DNA of 63,484 nucleotides, the filler included. It is 4 parts of 4 records of this genome, joined end to end, with 100 filler letters (N's around TTAATTAATTAA, not from the genome) between each part and the next. Parts side by side here need not be neighbours in the genome. Positions count along the whole stretch, not along the records: positions 15,547 to 42,068 come from DRR723986_8359; positions 42,169 to 53,207 come from DRR723986_8364; 2 more parts are not named here. The stretch is one strand, 5' to 3'. The stretch's first letter is position 1. The number at the start of each line of letters is the position of its first letter. Below the pieces are notes generated by a model. That model ran no database searches. It saw only the letters and a program-made list of their open reading frames with translations, and was not told the DNA's origin. This document shows, one piece after another, positions 41,198-51,581 of the stretch. The translations under genes were made by a program, and so were the position numbers.

Positions 41198-42068
41198 TCA
41201 GGCCGCCGCGGGCAGGGCCGTTTCGACCAGTTTCACCCAGTAGGAACAGCCGACCGGGATCAGGTCGTCGTTGAAGTCATAGGCCGGATGATGCAGGCCC
41301 GCGCTGTCGCCGTTGCCGGCGAAGATGAACGCGCCCGGGCGTTCTTCCAGCATGTAGGAGAAATCCTCCCCGCCCATCATCGGCTCGATCTCGCGATTGA
41401 CCTTGCCGACCCCGGCAATGCCTTCGGCGACGGCCGCCGCGAAATCCGTCTGCTCGTCGTGGTTCGCCGTGACCGGATACCCGCGAGTGAACTGCAGAAC
41501 TGCCTTTGCGCCAAACGCATCGCCAACAGAGCTGACGATGGATTCCATCCGTGCCTGGGCGAGATCCCGCATTTCCGGGCTCAGCGTGCGTACGGTGCCG
41601 CGCAGCAGCACTTCCTGCGGAATGACGTTGAAGGCGTTGCCACCCTGGAAAACGGTCACCGACACAACAACCGAATCGAGCGGATTGGCATTGCGGCTGG
41701 CGATGGTCTGCAGCGCGGACACCAGTTGCGAGCCGATCACGATCGGATCGATGGTCTCATGCGGCTTGGCGGCATGGCCGCCCCGGCCGGTGATGGTGAT
41801 GCGGAATTCGTCGGTCGCGGCCATAATCGGGCCCTTGCGGATGGCGAATTCGCCCACCGGCATGCCCGGGAAGTTGTGCATGCCGTAGACTTCCTCGATC
41901 GGCCAGCGGGTCAGAAGACCATCGTGGATCATCGCCTTCGCGCCTGCGCCACCTTCTTCGGCGGGCTGGAAGATGACGACGACGGTGCCGTCGAAGTTGC
42001 GGGTCTCGGCGAGATATTTTGCAGCGCCCAGCAACATGGCGGTGTGGCCGTCATGGCCGCAGGCATGC
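41198..42068 (-). CDS. M20D amidohydrolase (hippurate hydrolase-like), 5'-truncated
   Basis: HACGHDGH at the contig edge, FQPAEEG, GGHAA.PH, GEDF, LHHP.YDFND. Confidence 0.92.
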
Positions 42069-42168
42069 NNNNNNNNNNNNNNNNNNNNNNNNNNNNNNNN
42101 NNNNNNNNNNNNTTAATTAATTAANNNNNNNNNNNNNNNNNNNNNNNNNNNNNNNNNNNNNNNNNNNN
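42069..42168. other. Artificial contig linker
   Basis: N44-TTAATTAATTAA-N44. Confidence 0.98.
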
Positions 42169-43440
42169 CTTACCATCTGGATCATCACCACCTGGCTTTT
42201 TACCATCTGGATCACCGTAAGGATCCAATCCGCGGTTGATCATGTCCGCAGCTGCAATCGCAGCACGTTCGGATTCTCTTTTAATGCGGTCCAAAGTTTC
42301 CTGGGAGCGCTCTCGTCGGATGATCGTTTGAGCTATCTCATCCCCAATTGTCCTGTCATACTCGCCTTGCGCAAGCATCGGAATGTCACGTCCTGGCGCA
42401 TCAATCGTCACCGTAATTTCGTGCAACATTGGCTTGGCAGGCGGCACATACGATACGCGGTAATAGTTGCGCAGGCTCAAGTACAAGTCGCGGAATATGG
42501 CCACCAGCTCTTCACGAGAATACGCTTTGTAGAACTTACCTGCTGTTTTGCGCGCCAGTTCACCCAAGACATCGTCGTTGGTGTACCCAAATCCAATCGG
42601 ATAGATACTGACGTCATTTTCAATAGCCAGTTCGTAAACCGCCTGCACATCCGCTTCCGAGTAATTATCCTCGCCATCTGAAAAGAGGACTAACACACGT
42701 GGACTGCCGGCAGGTTGATTAACAAGTTGTTTAACACCCACCATGGCCGCATCGTACATCGCGGTGTATTTTCCATACTCGTCAAGACCAGCTTTTTCAT
42801 CGAGCGCACCGAGTAAAACTTCACGACTGCTGGTTAACTCGGCGATGATATCCGGTGTGTTACTAAAGGTCAAAAGCGCCATGCGGTCGTAGGAACGTTT
42901 CATTTCAACGAAAATCTCAGCACCTTCAATCAGTGCGTCAATTGTTCCGCCCATGGATCCACCATGATCGAGCACCAGGGAGACTGCAAAAGGAATGGAG
43001 TCACCGTCACTGTACTCGCGCACCACAAAGTCGTTTATGTCGTGTATGCTGCTGTATGCTTCAAAATAGCTGAGCTCTTCGCGCACTTTGCGCCAGTGAG
43101 TTTTATAGGCGTCAGGCCCCTGGAAATGTGGCGGCCCCATGCGGGTAACGAAATTGTTCTGGCTGTCCAGAACCCTCACAAATGCGTGCACGGAATCAGG
43201 GTAGTTCGTATCATCGACTTTCCAAACGTCAGCCCGCAATGTGGTGGGGCTAACCTGATCGATGGGTACCGTGCCTTCAAGGTAGACAGTTTCGGAAGTA
43301 TGCTCGCGCTCGGAAGCGACCGCGTAATCTTCTCGATTGAGTTCGAATTCGCTGCTGCGCCCAGAAGAGCAGGCCATTGCACTTATTACCAGTGTGGCAG
43401 ACAACACGATTCGGATTAGGGAGCTAGGGATAGCCTTCAT
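42169..43440 (-). CDS. VWA-domain lipoprotein, 3'-truncated in a DPDGK repeat
   Basis: Lipobox-like SAMAC, MIDAS-like DHGGSM, TAMYDA, FSDGEDN. Confidence 0.8.
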
Positions 43441-43458
43441 TTTTGCAAACCGGCAATA

Positions 43459-44106
43459 TTACAACTTCACCCCCATTGCCATCCCATCTCCGACGGGAAC
43501 AAGACATGCCTGCATACCTGGATGTTCAGCCAAAGCACGATTAAACACCTGCATGCCACGCACGTCGGGTTCATCGGTATCTTCATGGCTAATCTTGCCC
43601 CAGGCAAGGGCATTATCTCCGGCAATGACGCCACCTTGGCGCACAAGGGGGTAACTAAGGTCCATATAGGCCTTGTATTGTGGTTTATCCGCATCAATGA
43701 ACACAAAGTCGAACGGTTTTTCATCCGCAAGCCCACGCAGGGACTCAAGGGCATCACCCTGAATGACTCGAATTTTGCTGGACAGGCCAGCCTCTTCGGC
43801 TTTGCGGCGGATAAATTGCACAGACTTTGGTTCGAGTTCAAGGCAAATAAGCGTGCCGTCATCCGGAAGCGCGCGTGCCATGCCTATTGCAGAGTAACCT
43901 GCCAGTGAACCAATCTCCAGAACGCGCTTAGCGCCTGTGCTGCGCAGATACACCTGCAAAAATGCCAGCTGCTCAGGAGAAATATGTATTGGCGGAATTT
44001 CAGCAGCCTCAGCCTCGCGGTTTAGCTCTCGCAAAAATTCGTCTTCAGCCGGAAATGTTCGGCAAACATAGTCGTACGTGTCGTCGGTCAGCGGAGTACC
44101 CTTCAT
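43459..44106 (-). CDS. Class I SAM-dependent O-methyltransferase
   Basis: LEIGSLAGYS, FDFVFIDADK, GDN, VGDG. Confidence 0.9.
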   Translation of the reverse strand: MKGTPLTDDTYDYVCRTFPAEDEFLRELNREAEAAEIPPIHISPEQLAFLQVYLRSTGAKRVLEIGSLAGYSAIGMARALPDDGTLICLELEPKSVQFIRRKAEEAGLSSKIRVIQGDALESLRGLADEKPFDFVFIDADKPQYKAYMDLSYPLVRQGGVIAGDNALAWGKISHEDTDEPDVRGMQVFNRALAEHPGMQACLVPVGDGMAMGVKL

Positions 44107-44191
44107 TCAGGCTCTACCCTCAAATATTGAAATGTACGGATTGGCAGTTTGATCCAATAGCGTCCAAAAAATTATCTGCGTGCTCAATCTG

Positions 44192-45139
44192 TCAGGGTCG
44201 CGACCCAATGCGGACGTTCGTATTCAGACCGTGTTTGCGCACATGATTCACAAACTTCTGCAGCGCGCTCAGCGTTTCTTCCATGCGCTCCGCCATTTCT
44301 TCATCATACATCAGCTTGTTTACGAGGCTCTTGTTCGTCTTAACGTCGTTAACAAGCCCGCTGATATCTGCCATAAGCTCATCGGCACCAGCCAGCGTGC
44401 CGTCCAGTCCGTCCAGCGTTGCATCCGCACGCGCCACTACATCGTTCAAGTTGGTAAGCAATGTATCGACTTTGGGCGAATTGGTTTCGACTGCGGAACG
44501 CAATTCGGCAACCAAAACGCGCGCATCGTCAAGAACTGCTTCCAGTTCAGGTCTGCTCGTTTCAACGAAGTCTTGCACCTCCGCGAGCAGATTGTTGGCA
44601 CGTGATGCCGCTTGTTTGATATCACCTACAAACACGGAATCGGTAACGATATCTTTGGCCGCACCGCTGAGCGTGTCAAGGTTATCAACTACACGAACTA
44701 CAACTTCGCTTAGTTCGCCGGCTACGGCAATCAACTGCGAAATATCTAGGGCTGTCTCCCCCACAATGCGCACTTTGGGATCCAAAGCTGTCTGTGATCC
44801 ACCGGGCTCAATTTCCAGCTTTTTACCGCCGGTAATCTCAAGCATAGTAATACTTGCGCGCGCATCAGAATGTAGATCATCGATGCGGTCCAGTGCTACC
44901 TGCACCAGAACACCTTCATCAATGTTTTTGACTTTGGTCACCTGACCGCGGCGAACGCCATTTACCGTCACAGGATCTGTGACGTTCAGGCCGTTACTGC
45001 GTGGAAAGACGATGGAAATCGGAGCAGCTGTGCCCGTTACTGCCCAGCCTTTTGCCAGCGCAATACCGACAATGGCCAAGAGAATCGCGACAATACTAAC
45101 GACTCCGACTTTGATTTCAGTCGAACGGGAAGTTCGCAT
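44192..45139 (-). CDS. MlaD/MCE family protein
   Basis: EIKVG TM anchor, GL...PVTVNGVRRGQV, helical tail. Confidence 0.88.
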   Translation of the reverse strand: MRTSRSTEIKVGVVSIVAILLAIVGIALAKGWAVTGTAAPISIVFPRSNGLNVTDPVTVNGVRRGQVTKVKNIDEGVLVQVALDRIDDLHSDARASITMLEITGGKKLEIEPGGSQTALDPKVRIVGETALDISQLIAVAGELSEVVVRVVDNLDTLSGAAKDIVTDSVFVGDIKQAASRANNLLAEVQDFVETSRPELEAVLDDARVLVAELRSAVETNSPKVDTLLTNLNDVVARADATLDGLDGTLAGADELMADISGLVNDVKTNKSLVNKLMYDEEMAERMEETLSALQKFVNHVRKHGLNTNVRIGSRP

Positions 45140-45232
45140 GTAGGGTAGATTTCGTCCAATAACAGAAAAAGCCCTTTGCGGGCTTTGCACTATGCCGGTT
45201 TAGCTTGCAAAAATACGAAGATTCGGCGGGAA

Positions 45233-45673
45233 TTAAAACGGCAAATCGTCGTCGAGATTTTTCTCGTGATGCGAAGATCCGGATGTAAATCCGGCCATCG
45301 GGTGGCGATCAGCCAAAGAGTCTTCACTGCCGCCATGTGAGCGCGGCCCTAAAAGCAGCAAGTTTTCAGCTACAACTTCAGTGATATATCGTTTATCACC
45401 ACTGCGATCTTCAAATGAGCGCGTTTGGATTCGGCCTTCAACAAACACGCGCGAGCCCTTGTGTACCAACTCCTGAATAATCTCAGCAAGCTTGCGCCAT
45501 GCAACGATGTTATGCCAGTCTGTACGTTCCTGAATATGACCTTCTTTATCGCGCCAGACTTCCGAAGTCGCCAAAGGAAACGTTGCGACCGGATCACCCT
45601 TTGATGTGTAACGGACGTTGGGTTCTTTGCCGACGTTACCTATCAAAAAGACTTTGTTCAAACTCCTGGACAT
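45233..45673 (-). CDS. ssb: Single-stranded DNA-binding protein
   Basis: LNKVFLIGNVGKEP, WHNIVAW, C-terminal DDDLPF. Confidence 0.96.
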   Translation of the reverse strand: MSRSLNKVFLIGNVGKEPNVRYTSKGDPVATFPLATSEVWRDKEGHIQERTDWHNIVAWRKLAEIIQELVHKGSRVFVEGRIQTRSFEDRSGDKRYITEVVAENLLLLGPRSHGGSEDSLADRHPMAGFTSGSSHHEKNLDDDLPF

Positions 45674-45862
45674 ACTCCACCCTACTCGTATATTTCCGCT
45701 AATTCATCTCAAGCTGTCCATCGAACCGAAAAAGACCTAAACAATGCAGTACATTCCGATTTCTGAATAGTCCGGACTCAAAGTCATTGAGTCCTACGGA
45801 CGGGCAAGTATAGAAATTTTTCTGCCAATTGCCAAAGTCTATTTACGGCAGTTTTTAAACCC

Positions 45863-45889
45863 AAAAAGCCGGACTGAGTCCGGCTTTTT
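45863..45889. terminator. Intrinsic terminator after the flagellar cluster
   Basis: AAAAAGCCGGAC/GTCCGGCTTTTT. Confidence 0.75.
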
Positions 45890-45945
45890 GCCAAATTTCA
45901 CGTAAGCTCACACCTGCTACGGGGAGCTTAGTCAGAGAAAAATTC

Positions 45946-46236
45946 TTAAGACGTGGCGCGGCGTACTTCAGAGCTCAAATCTTTGTTGATCTGCACTGCT
46001 GTCTCACGGATTACTTCTGGCCGATTAAAATAGCCTGCATTAATCTGTGACTGAATCTGCGCGAGGGATTCGCTGCGCTGTGTATCGCGGATATCCTGCG
46101 CCTCGTTTGAGAGTTCCAAGGTATCACGGCGTTCACGCGCCTGCGTTTCGCTTGCCGGCTGCTGCTCATCCACACGCTGATTAGACTGCGTGCCGATGCT
46201 TGGCGCCTGAAGGGGATTTACGGAGTTGACATTCAT
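45946..46236 (-). CDS. flgM: FlgM-like anti-sigma-28 factor
   Basis: DTLELSNEA and LAQIQSQINAGYF motifs; flagellar context. Confidence 0.65.
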   Translation of the reverse strand: MNVNSVNPLQAPSIGTQSNQRVDEQQPASETQARERRDTLELSNEAQDIRDTQRSESLAQIQSQINAGYFNRPEVIRETAVQINKDLSSEVRRATS

Positions 46237-46595
46237 GTCTGATGCCCCCTGGAATATAACAGAAGGAATTTGCGTTTGTTGAGATCAACGAGTTCACGCT
46301 GCAGTTTGTCGCGCATCACAGGAACTTCCTGCATGAGTTGCGCATCACTATCCTGAAGCTGTTGCGAGAGAGTTTGCCACTCGGACTGGAAGTCCTGATG
46401 CTCAAATTCTTCCGCATTTACTCGTCGCCAATTGTCAATTGCTTCAAGGATTTTACCCCTCTTAGAGTATCTATCGGCTATTTCTCCAACAAATTGAGGA
46501 TTTTTTTCGCCAATTAGCAAAAAAAGTTCGTCAGTCAGCGAATTTGCCGCTTTAAACAGAGCAAAAACGTGATTTTGTGCCTCAAACTTTGGCAT
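46233..46595 (-). CDS. Helical flagellar chaperone-like protein (FliT/FlgN-like)
   Basis: 120-aa helical protein ending in Y; coupled between flaG and flgM. Confidence 0.45.
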   Translation of the reverse strand: MPKFEAQNHVFALFKAANSLTDELFLLIGEKNPQFVGEIADRYSKRGKILEAIDNWRRVNAEEFEHQDFQSEWQTLSQQLQDSDAQLMQEVPVMRDKLQRELVDLNKRKFLLLYSRGHQT

Positions 46596-47001
46596 CGGTC
46601 ACCTGACCTTGCTCAAAGCTCTCGGTAATAAACTGTGCGATTTTCAAGGATTCTTCAGCCGGAATCTGGCGAACGACTTCCTGCGTGTTGATATCGACAA
46701 TCGACATCACAACGCGTTTAGTTGTTTCATCCACGCTGAAACGCACCGTGGTATCATTATTAAGCAACTCCTGGAGGCGGTCAGATATTTGGCTGAAATC
46801 TGTTCTGGATGCAAAAGCATCACCTTCAGGCTGCTGAACTTCTACATCCTGCTGTGAAGCCTGAGTCTCCAAATTCGCTGCGGCTCGCTCGGCCTGCGCA
46901 TCTCTGAGGCGGTTAGAATCAGTGTCATCACTGACGGCGCTCCGCGCTGGATCAAGCGCAGTTACTACAAGCGGCGATATTCCTTGTACATTCTCAATCA
47001 T
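46582..47001 (-). CDS. flaG: FlaG family protein
   Basis: VRFSVDETTKRVVMSIVD..TQEVVRQIPAEE. Confidence 0.88.
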   Translation of the reverse strand: MIENVQGISPLVVTALDPARSAVSDDTDSNRLRDAQAERAAANLETQASQQDVEVQQPEGDAFASRTDFSQISDRLQELLNNDTTVRFSVDETTKRVVMSIVDINTQEVVRQIPAEESLKIAQFITESFEQGQVTDAKV

Positions 47002-47109
47002 AAGATGTTCCCGTCTTGTCAATGAGAAAGAGCCGGGCACTACTTGATTACTTCTCTGCTCACTTTTCAGTCACTAATGAAGCGACGAGATGAAACGAGC
47101 AACATTTGA

Positions 47110-48543
47110 TTATTGAGCTGAAGTGCTGTTGGCATTGAACGAAGATATTAAAGAAAATTGTGATTGGGCCTGTGTGTAGATCAGCTGATAGGACTCATAC
47201 TGCTTCCGCAATGATTCAGCCTGGACGTCTACACGAGATTCAAGCGTATCCACTCTCCGGTCGATGTTGTTGATCTGATCGCTGAGTGAATCCTTACGTG
47301 CAGTAATTAAACCACCATCGCCCAGCAAGTTGCTGATGCGACCACTAATGCTTTCAGAAAATGCTGCGATTAAATCAGATACCGCCTGAGCATCCTGCTC
47401 AACTGCATTCTCAAGAGTCGAAAGGTCACTTAACCGTAGACTTCCATCCGGATCAAAAGATAAACCAATATCGGATAAAAATTTGAATGTTCCATCCGTC
47501 AACTGGTCACTGGCAGCTTGGCGCACCGAACTGCGCAGCGAGCGCAAGGCCACATCCCTGCCTGTATCACCCTTCGGATTGTTGAGCACTCCCAGCAGGT
47601 CATTGTAGTTGTCCAGCAATGGATTAAGATTGTTGCGCACGCCCTCGGGGTCCACTTCACTTCGTATCGAAACCGCCGGATCACCATCTTCCTGCGCTTT
47701 GCGCAGCGTGAAAGTCAACCCCTCAACCACATCATCAACTACGTTCGATGAACGTGTGATATTGATGCCGTTCAATTGGAAGGCGGCATCCAGGTTGCCG
47801 GAATCAGAAGTGCGGTAGCCCGCCGAGTTATCATCAAACGCCGTACGGTTGTTTGCATCTGCAAACAGGTCCGCCGTCAGCCCCAGGCTGGCCAGCACAC
47901 CATCGGTATCATTAAATTCGATGCGGTTCTCCGCACCTTCCGAAGTTGAAGCCAGTGAGAGTCGCGCCGTTGTAGCCGTATCCCGCACCACACTGGCCGA
48001 GACGTCAATCTCATCATCGGCATTAATTGCTGATGCAATTTTGCCAAGCGCGGTTTCAAAGTCTTCGGTACCATCGAATTCAACCTGAATCGTACGCGTT
48101 GAATCACCTACGGTCAAATCAAATTGCGACTGCCCTGCGGCAAAACCGGATGCATCAGCAGATGTGAGCCGATCGCCCACCAGAATATCATTCGTGGCCA
48201 GCCGGTCAACCCGTATCGTGGTTAAGCCGGCAAATGCGTCTGCATCTGCACTGGCAGAAACCACCGAGGAGTCAGAAGAACTGGCTTTTTTACTGCGGAA
48301 GGCATCAAGCGAGTCACCAGCATTGCTAAACTGCTCAAGTGAGTCAGTCAACGATTCCAGGCTGGAACGCAGCGTATTAAAATAGACCTGATTGCTTTCA
48401 AGTGTAGACTTTCTGGCATTCAGGTCATCAATTGGTTTGGATTGTGTCCGCCGGAATGCATCCAGCAAGGCATTAACAGGCGGCTCTCCCGATTGGGAAA
48501 GTCCGTTTGTTATACCTAGTGTTGCACCTAATAAATCCGACAT
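47110..48543 (-). CDS. fliD: Flagellar filament cap protein
   Basis: FliD_N (VDRLAT) and FliD_C (NGINITRSSN..DVVEGLTFTL; LSDIGL) signatures. Confidence 0.9.
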   Translation of the reverse strand: MSDLLGATLGITNGLSQSGEPPVNALLDAFRRTQSKPIDDLNARKSTLESNQVYFNTLRSSLESLTDSLEQFSNAGDSLDAFRSKKASSSDSSVVSASADADAFAGLTTIRVDRLATNDILVGDRLTSADASGFAAGQSQFDLTVGDSTRTIQVEFDGTEDFETALGKIASAINADDEIDVSASVVRDTATTARLSLASTSEGAENRIEFNDTDGVLASLGLTADLFADANNRTAFDDNSAGYRTSDSGNLDAAFQLNGINITRSSNVVDDVVEGLTFTLRKAQEDGDPAVSIRSEVDPEGVRNNLNPLLDNYNDLLGVLNNPKGDTGRDVALRSLRSSVRQAASDQLTDGTFKFLSDIGLSFDPDGSLRLSDLSTLENAVEQDAQAVSDLIAAFSESISGRISNLLGDGGLITARKDSLSDQINNIDRRVDTLESRVDVQAESLRKQYESYQLIYTQAQSQFSLISSFNANSTSAQ

Positions 48544-48550
48544 CTACGCC

Positions 48551-48904
48551 TCACTTCAAGTTAAAAGCATTTGCCCAGGTCTCACGCAAGTCGCGAATAA
48601 TCACGAGTGCTTCATCATAGCGCTTGCGCATGATGCAGTTCTGGCAATACTCATACATTCGATACAAACGCGTCGCCTGCTCCTGGTACTCAAAATCGAG
48701 TGCCGTCATCAGGGAAGTTAAGACGCGATTCATCTTGGCAATATCTCGCTGACGGCAGGAAACTATGAAGAGATCATACATTTTCAGAATAATCTTTTCG
48801 GCACTCCACTGCTGAACTTCCTGTTCCATGTAGCCGGAGACGGCTTTGCCTGAGGCTCCATCTCCATAAACACGCCGCGCGGCGGCCTGTTGTGCTGGGG
48901 TCAT
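48551..48904 (-). CDS. fliS: Flagellin chaperone FliS-like protein
   Basis: ILKMYD, LMTALDFE, LYRMYEY, LRETW. Confidence 0.8.
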   Translation of the reverse strand: MTPAQQAAARRVYGDGASGKAVSGYMEQEVQQWSAEKIILKMYDLFIVSCRQRDIAKMNRVLTSLMTALDFEYQEQATRLYRMYEYCQNCIMRKRYDEALVIIRDLRETWANAFNLK

Positions 48905-49076
48905 ACGTCCTGTACCTTTGTTTTGTGATAAGGAGCCAAGAAATCCATCTACTCCCCAGAATGCCGGAGGCGGATTTCGATTCTCCGCCTCCGCCATCGT
49001 AATTCATACGGCCGGGAGACACGCGCACTTGCTCAAAGTATATTCCGCAAATCAGCCGTAAAACGGCGATCGCGGC

Positions 49077-49991
49077 TTAACCGAGCAACTGCAAGAAGGT
49101 ATTCGGGTTCTGGTTGGCCTGGGCCAAGGAAATGATCGAGGTCTGCTGCAAGAACTGCGACTTGATCAATTCCAGTTGTTCCTGTGCCACATCAGCATCT
49201 TCAATCCGCGAAATAGCAGCGTTGAAGTTGGTAATCTGTGACTGCAAGGCCGTCTCCTGAGATGAAAGTCGATTCGTAACACCACCAATAAAGGCCGCAA
49301 ACGAGTTGACATTCTCAAGAGCCGTAGAAATGCTGGTTAATGTGGCTCCGATGTTTGACGTCGAAAACACCCCGAGATCTGAGGAGGCTACCGAGCTTAA
49401 GCTCGAAAGGTCCAAGCCAGATACACCGGCAAAGTCAGTATTACTACTCGTGTTAACGTTCGCATAGAACGAATTGGTCGATGATAAGTCTAACCCGAGT
49501 GAGATCAGCGAGTTATCGGCGCTAAACCCAATTACAAAGTCAGAGTTAAACGACCCGCCAATCAGTTCCTGACCACCGAAGACTGTTGAGTCAACGATTG
49601 TCTGAATTTGATCGGTCAGCCGCGAGGCGGCCTGAGCAAGCGATACTTTCTCATCGGTTCCCAATGCGCCGGAGGCGGCAGAAGAAATCGAATCCTTAAT
49701 CTGCGTCAACAGTGAGTTGACGTTGTCGAGACCATCTTGAGCGATTGCGGCGACGTTTTTGGCGTCTCCAACTGCGTTCAAGGCGCTCCGCAGTGATCCA
49801 ACACGTGAGGACAATGAACGCGACGTGATGTAGCCAGCTACATCGTCAGACGCCGAGTTGATGCGTTTACCCGTCGCGAGACGAAGTTGACGCAAGGCGA
49901 GGTTGTCATTGGCCTGAGTGAGAGAGTTAAAAGCATTTTCAGCAGGCGTATTGGTTCCAATACGGCCACCGCCGGATATTGCAGTGGGCAT
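49077..49991 (-). CDS. fliC: Flagellin (304 aa)
   Basis: RLATGKRINSASDD, SRIEDADVAQE, LAQANQ. Confidence 0.95.
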   Translation of the reverse strand: MPTAISGGGRIGTNTPAENAFNSLTQANDNLALRQLRLATGKRINSASDDVAGYITSRSLSSRVGSLRSALNAVGDAKNVAAIAQDGLDNVNSLLTQIKDSISSAASGALGTDEKVSLAQAASRLTDQIQTIVDSTVFGGQELIGGSFNSDFVIGFSADNSLISLGLDLSSTNSFYANVNTSSNTDFAGVSGLDLSSLSSVASSDLGVFSTSNIGATLTSISTALENVNSFAAFIGGVTNRLSSQETALQSQITNFNAAISRIEDADVAQEQLELIKSQFLQQTSIISLAQANQNPNTFLQLLG

Positions 49992-50057
49992 ATTATCCTC
50001 CGCGATTCATCCTTAAATTCAACGAAGGGCATCCTGCCTAAACTGAATCCGTTAATG

Positions 50058-50084
50058 GTATCGGCGCGCCAAAAAGAATCTTGA
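50058..50084 (-). promoter_or_regulatory. Sigma-28 promoter of the downstream flagellin
   Basis: Minus strand TCAA-N15-GCCGATAC. Confidence 0.7.
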
Positions 50085-50203
50085 GTTTTTTTTTCTCCCA
50101 AATCGAATATTTTTTTTGTCAGGCCCCTGACTCATGCGCTCAGAACTGCTCGGCACGCTATGCGGTGGACTATAATGCGCTTGAATTCTATCCCGGTGAC
50201 TAA

Positions 50204-50236
50204 CAAAAAAAGGCTGTTCCCCTCAGGAAACAGCCT
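50204..50236 (-). terminator. Intrinsic terminator after the upstream flagellin
   Basis: AAGGCTGTT hairpin followed by a T7 tract on the minus strand. Confidence 0.7.
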
Positions 50237-50279
50237 TGGTAAGAATGCGATCAGCCACTTAGACCAAGCCCAAAAGAGC

Positions 50280-51197
50280 TTACTGCAGAAGCTGCAGGAA
50301 TGTCTGTGGATTTGAGTTCGCCTGAGCGAGTGAAATGATTGACGTCTGCTGCAAGAACTGAGATTTAATCAACTCAAGCTGCTCCAGTGCCACATCAGCA
50401 TCTTCAATACGAGAGATAGCTGCATTGTAGTTGGTAATCTGCGATTGCAACGCAGTTTCCTGTGAATCAAGACGATTCACAATACCACCAATATATGAGG
50501 CAGTCCGGTTTACATTGTTCAATGCTGTCGAAAGGCTCGTCAGCGTTGAAGCAATCTGGTCGGAGCCAAACACACCCAGATCCGATTCGGAAACTGAGTT
50601 GAGTGCTGAGAGATCAAACCCGGTAACACCAGCAAAGGTTGTATTACTTTCCGAATTGACATCAAAGTAGAAGCTATTGCCGGCTGTAGTCAGGTCAACT
50701 TCAACGGACAGTAGCGAGTTTGTAGCGGAGAAACCAATAACGAAGCTACTTGAGAAGCTACCGTTAATCAGTTCTTCACCACCGAATACGGTAGAATCAA
50801 CCACCGTTTGAATTTGGTCAACAAGTCGCGTGGCAGCCTGTGCCAACGAAACTTTTTCATCCGTTCCCAACGCACCAGAAGCAGCAGTTGAGGCTGCATC
50901 CTTGATTTGTGTCAGAAGCGTATTAATGTTGTCCAACCCATCCTGGGCGATAGCTGCGACGTTCTTGGCATCACCAACAGCATTCAAAGCCGATCGCAAC
51001 GATCCAACACGCGATGAGAGAGCACGAGATGTAATGTATCCCGCGACATCATCGGATGCGGCGTTAATGCGCTTACCTGTAGATAGGCGCAATTGGCGAA
51101 GGGCAATGTTGTTGTTGGCGCCGGTAAGAGCGTTAAATGCGTTTTCCGCCGGTGTATTGGTGCGAATGCGCGCACCACCGCTCAAAGCGCTAGGCAT
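50280..51197 (-). CDS. fliC: Flagellin (305 aa), paralog
   Basis: RLSTGKRINAASDD, SRIEDADVALE, LAQANS. Confidence 0.95.
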   Translation of the reverse strand: MPSALSGGARIRTNTPAENAFNALTGANNNIALRQLRLSTGKRINAASDDVAGYITSRALSSRVGSLRSALNAVGDAKNVAAIAQDGLDNINTLLTQIKDAASTAASGALGTDEKVSLAQAATRLVDQIQTVVDSTVFGGEELINGSFSSSFVIGFSATNSLLSVEVDLTTAGNSFYFDVNSESNTTFAGVTGFDLSALNSVSESDLGVFGSDQIASTLTSLSTALNNVNRTASYIGGIVNRLDSQETALQSQITNYNAAISRIEDADVALEQLELIKSQFLQQTSIISLAQANSNPQTFLQLLQ

Positions 51198-51284
51198 GAC
51201 GTACCTCCATGTACCTCAGTTTGCGATAATCAAAGGAACGGAACCTGCGAGCTTCCCTGCATCATCAGTTTCCGTCTACACCAG

Positions 51285-51311
51285 TAATCGGGAATCCGCA
51301 CTAAATCTTTA
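51285..51311 (-). promoter_or_regulatory. Sigma-28 promoter of the upstream flagellin
   Basis: Minus strand TAAA-N15-CCCGATTA. Confidence 0.65.
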
Positions 51312-51581
51312 GAAAAAAGTTTCGAATTAACCTCAGTTAAGCCCAAAAACATGGATTCGCCGATTGTAGAACTGAATATGCTCATCCAACGTAGTCACCA
51401 GCTGTGGTTTTTCTCCAACAAAAAAGAGCAGCGCCGGCCGCTTTTCAACGGCTAACACTGCTCTTGCGTAAGAGGGGCAGATCACTTCACGCTAACTAAT
51501 AACAGGTCTGCCGTTCAGACAGACCAAAGACCTTGAGACACCGGCTGCAAACGACCGGCGCCTGCCATGCAGGCACCTGAA

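Noticed and set aside
42169-42220. TACCATCTGGATCA repeats at the contig edge
   Set aside because: Low-complexity DPDGK coding repeat that probably broke the assembly
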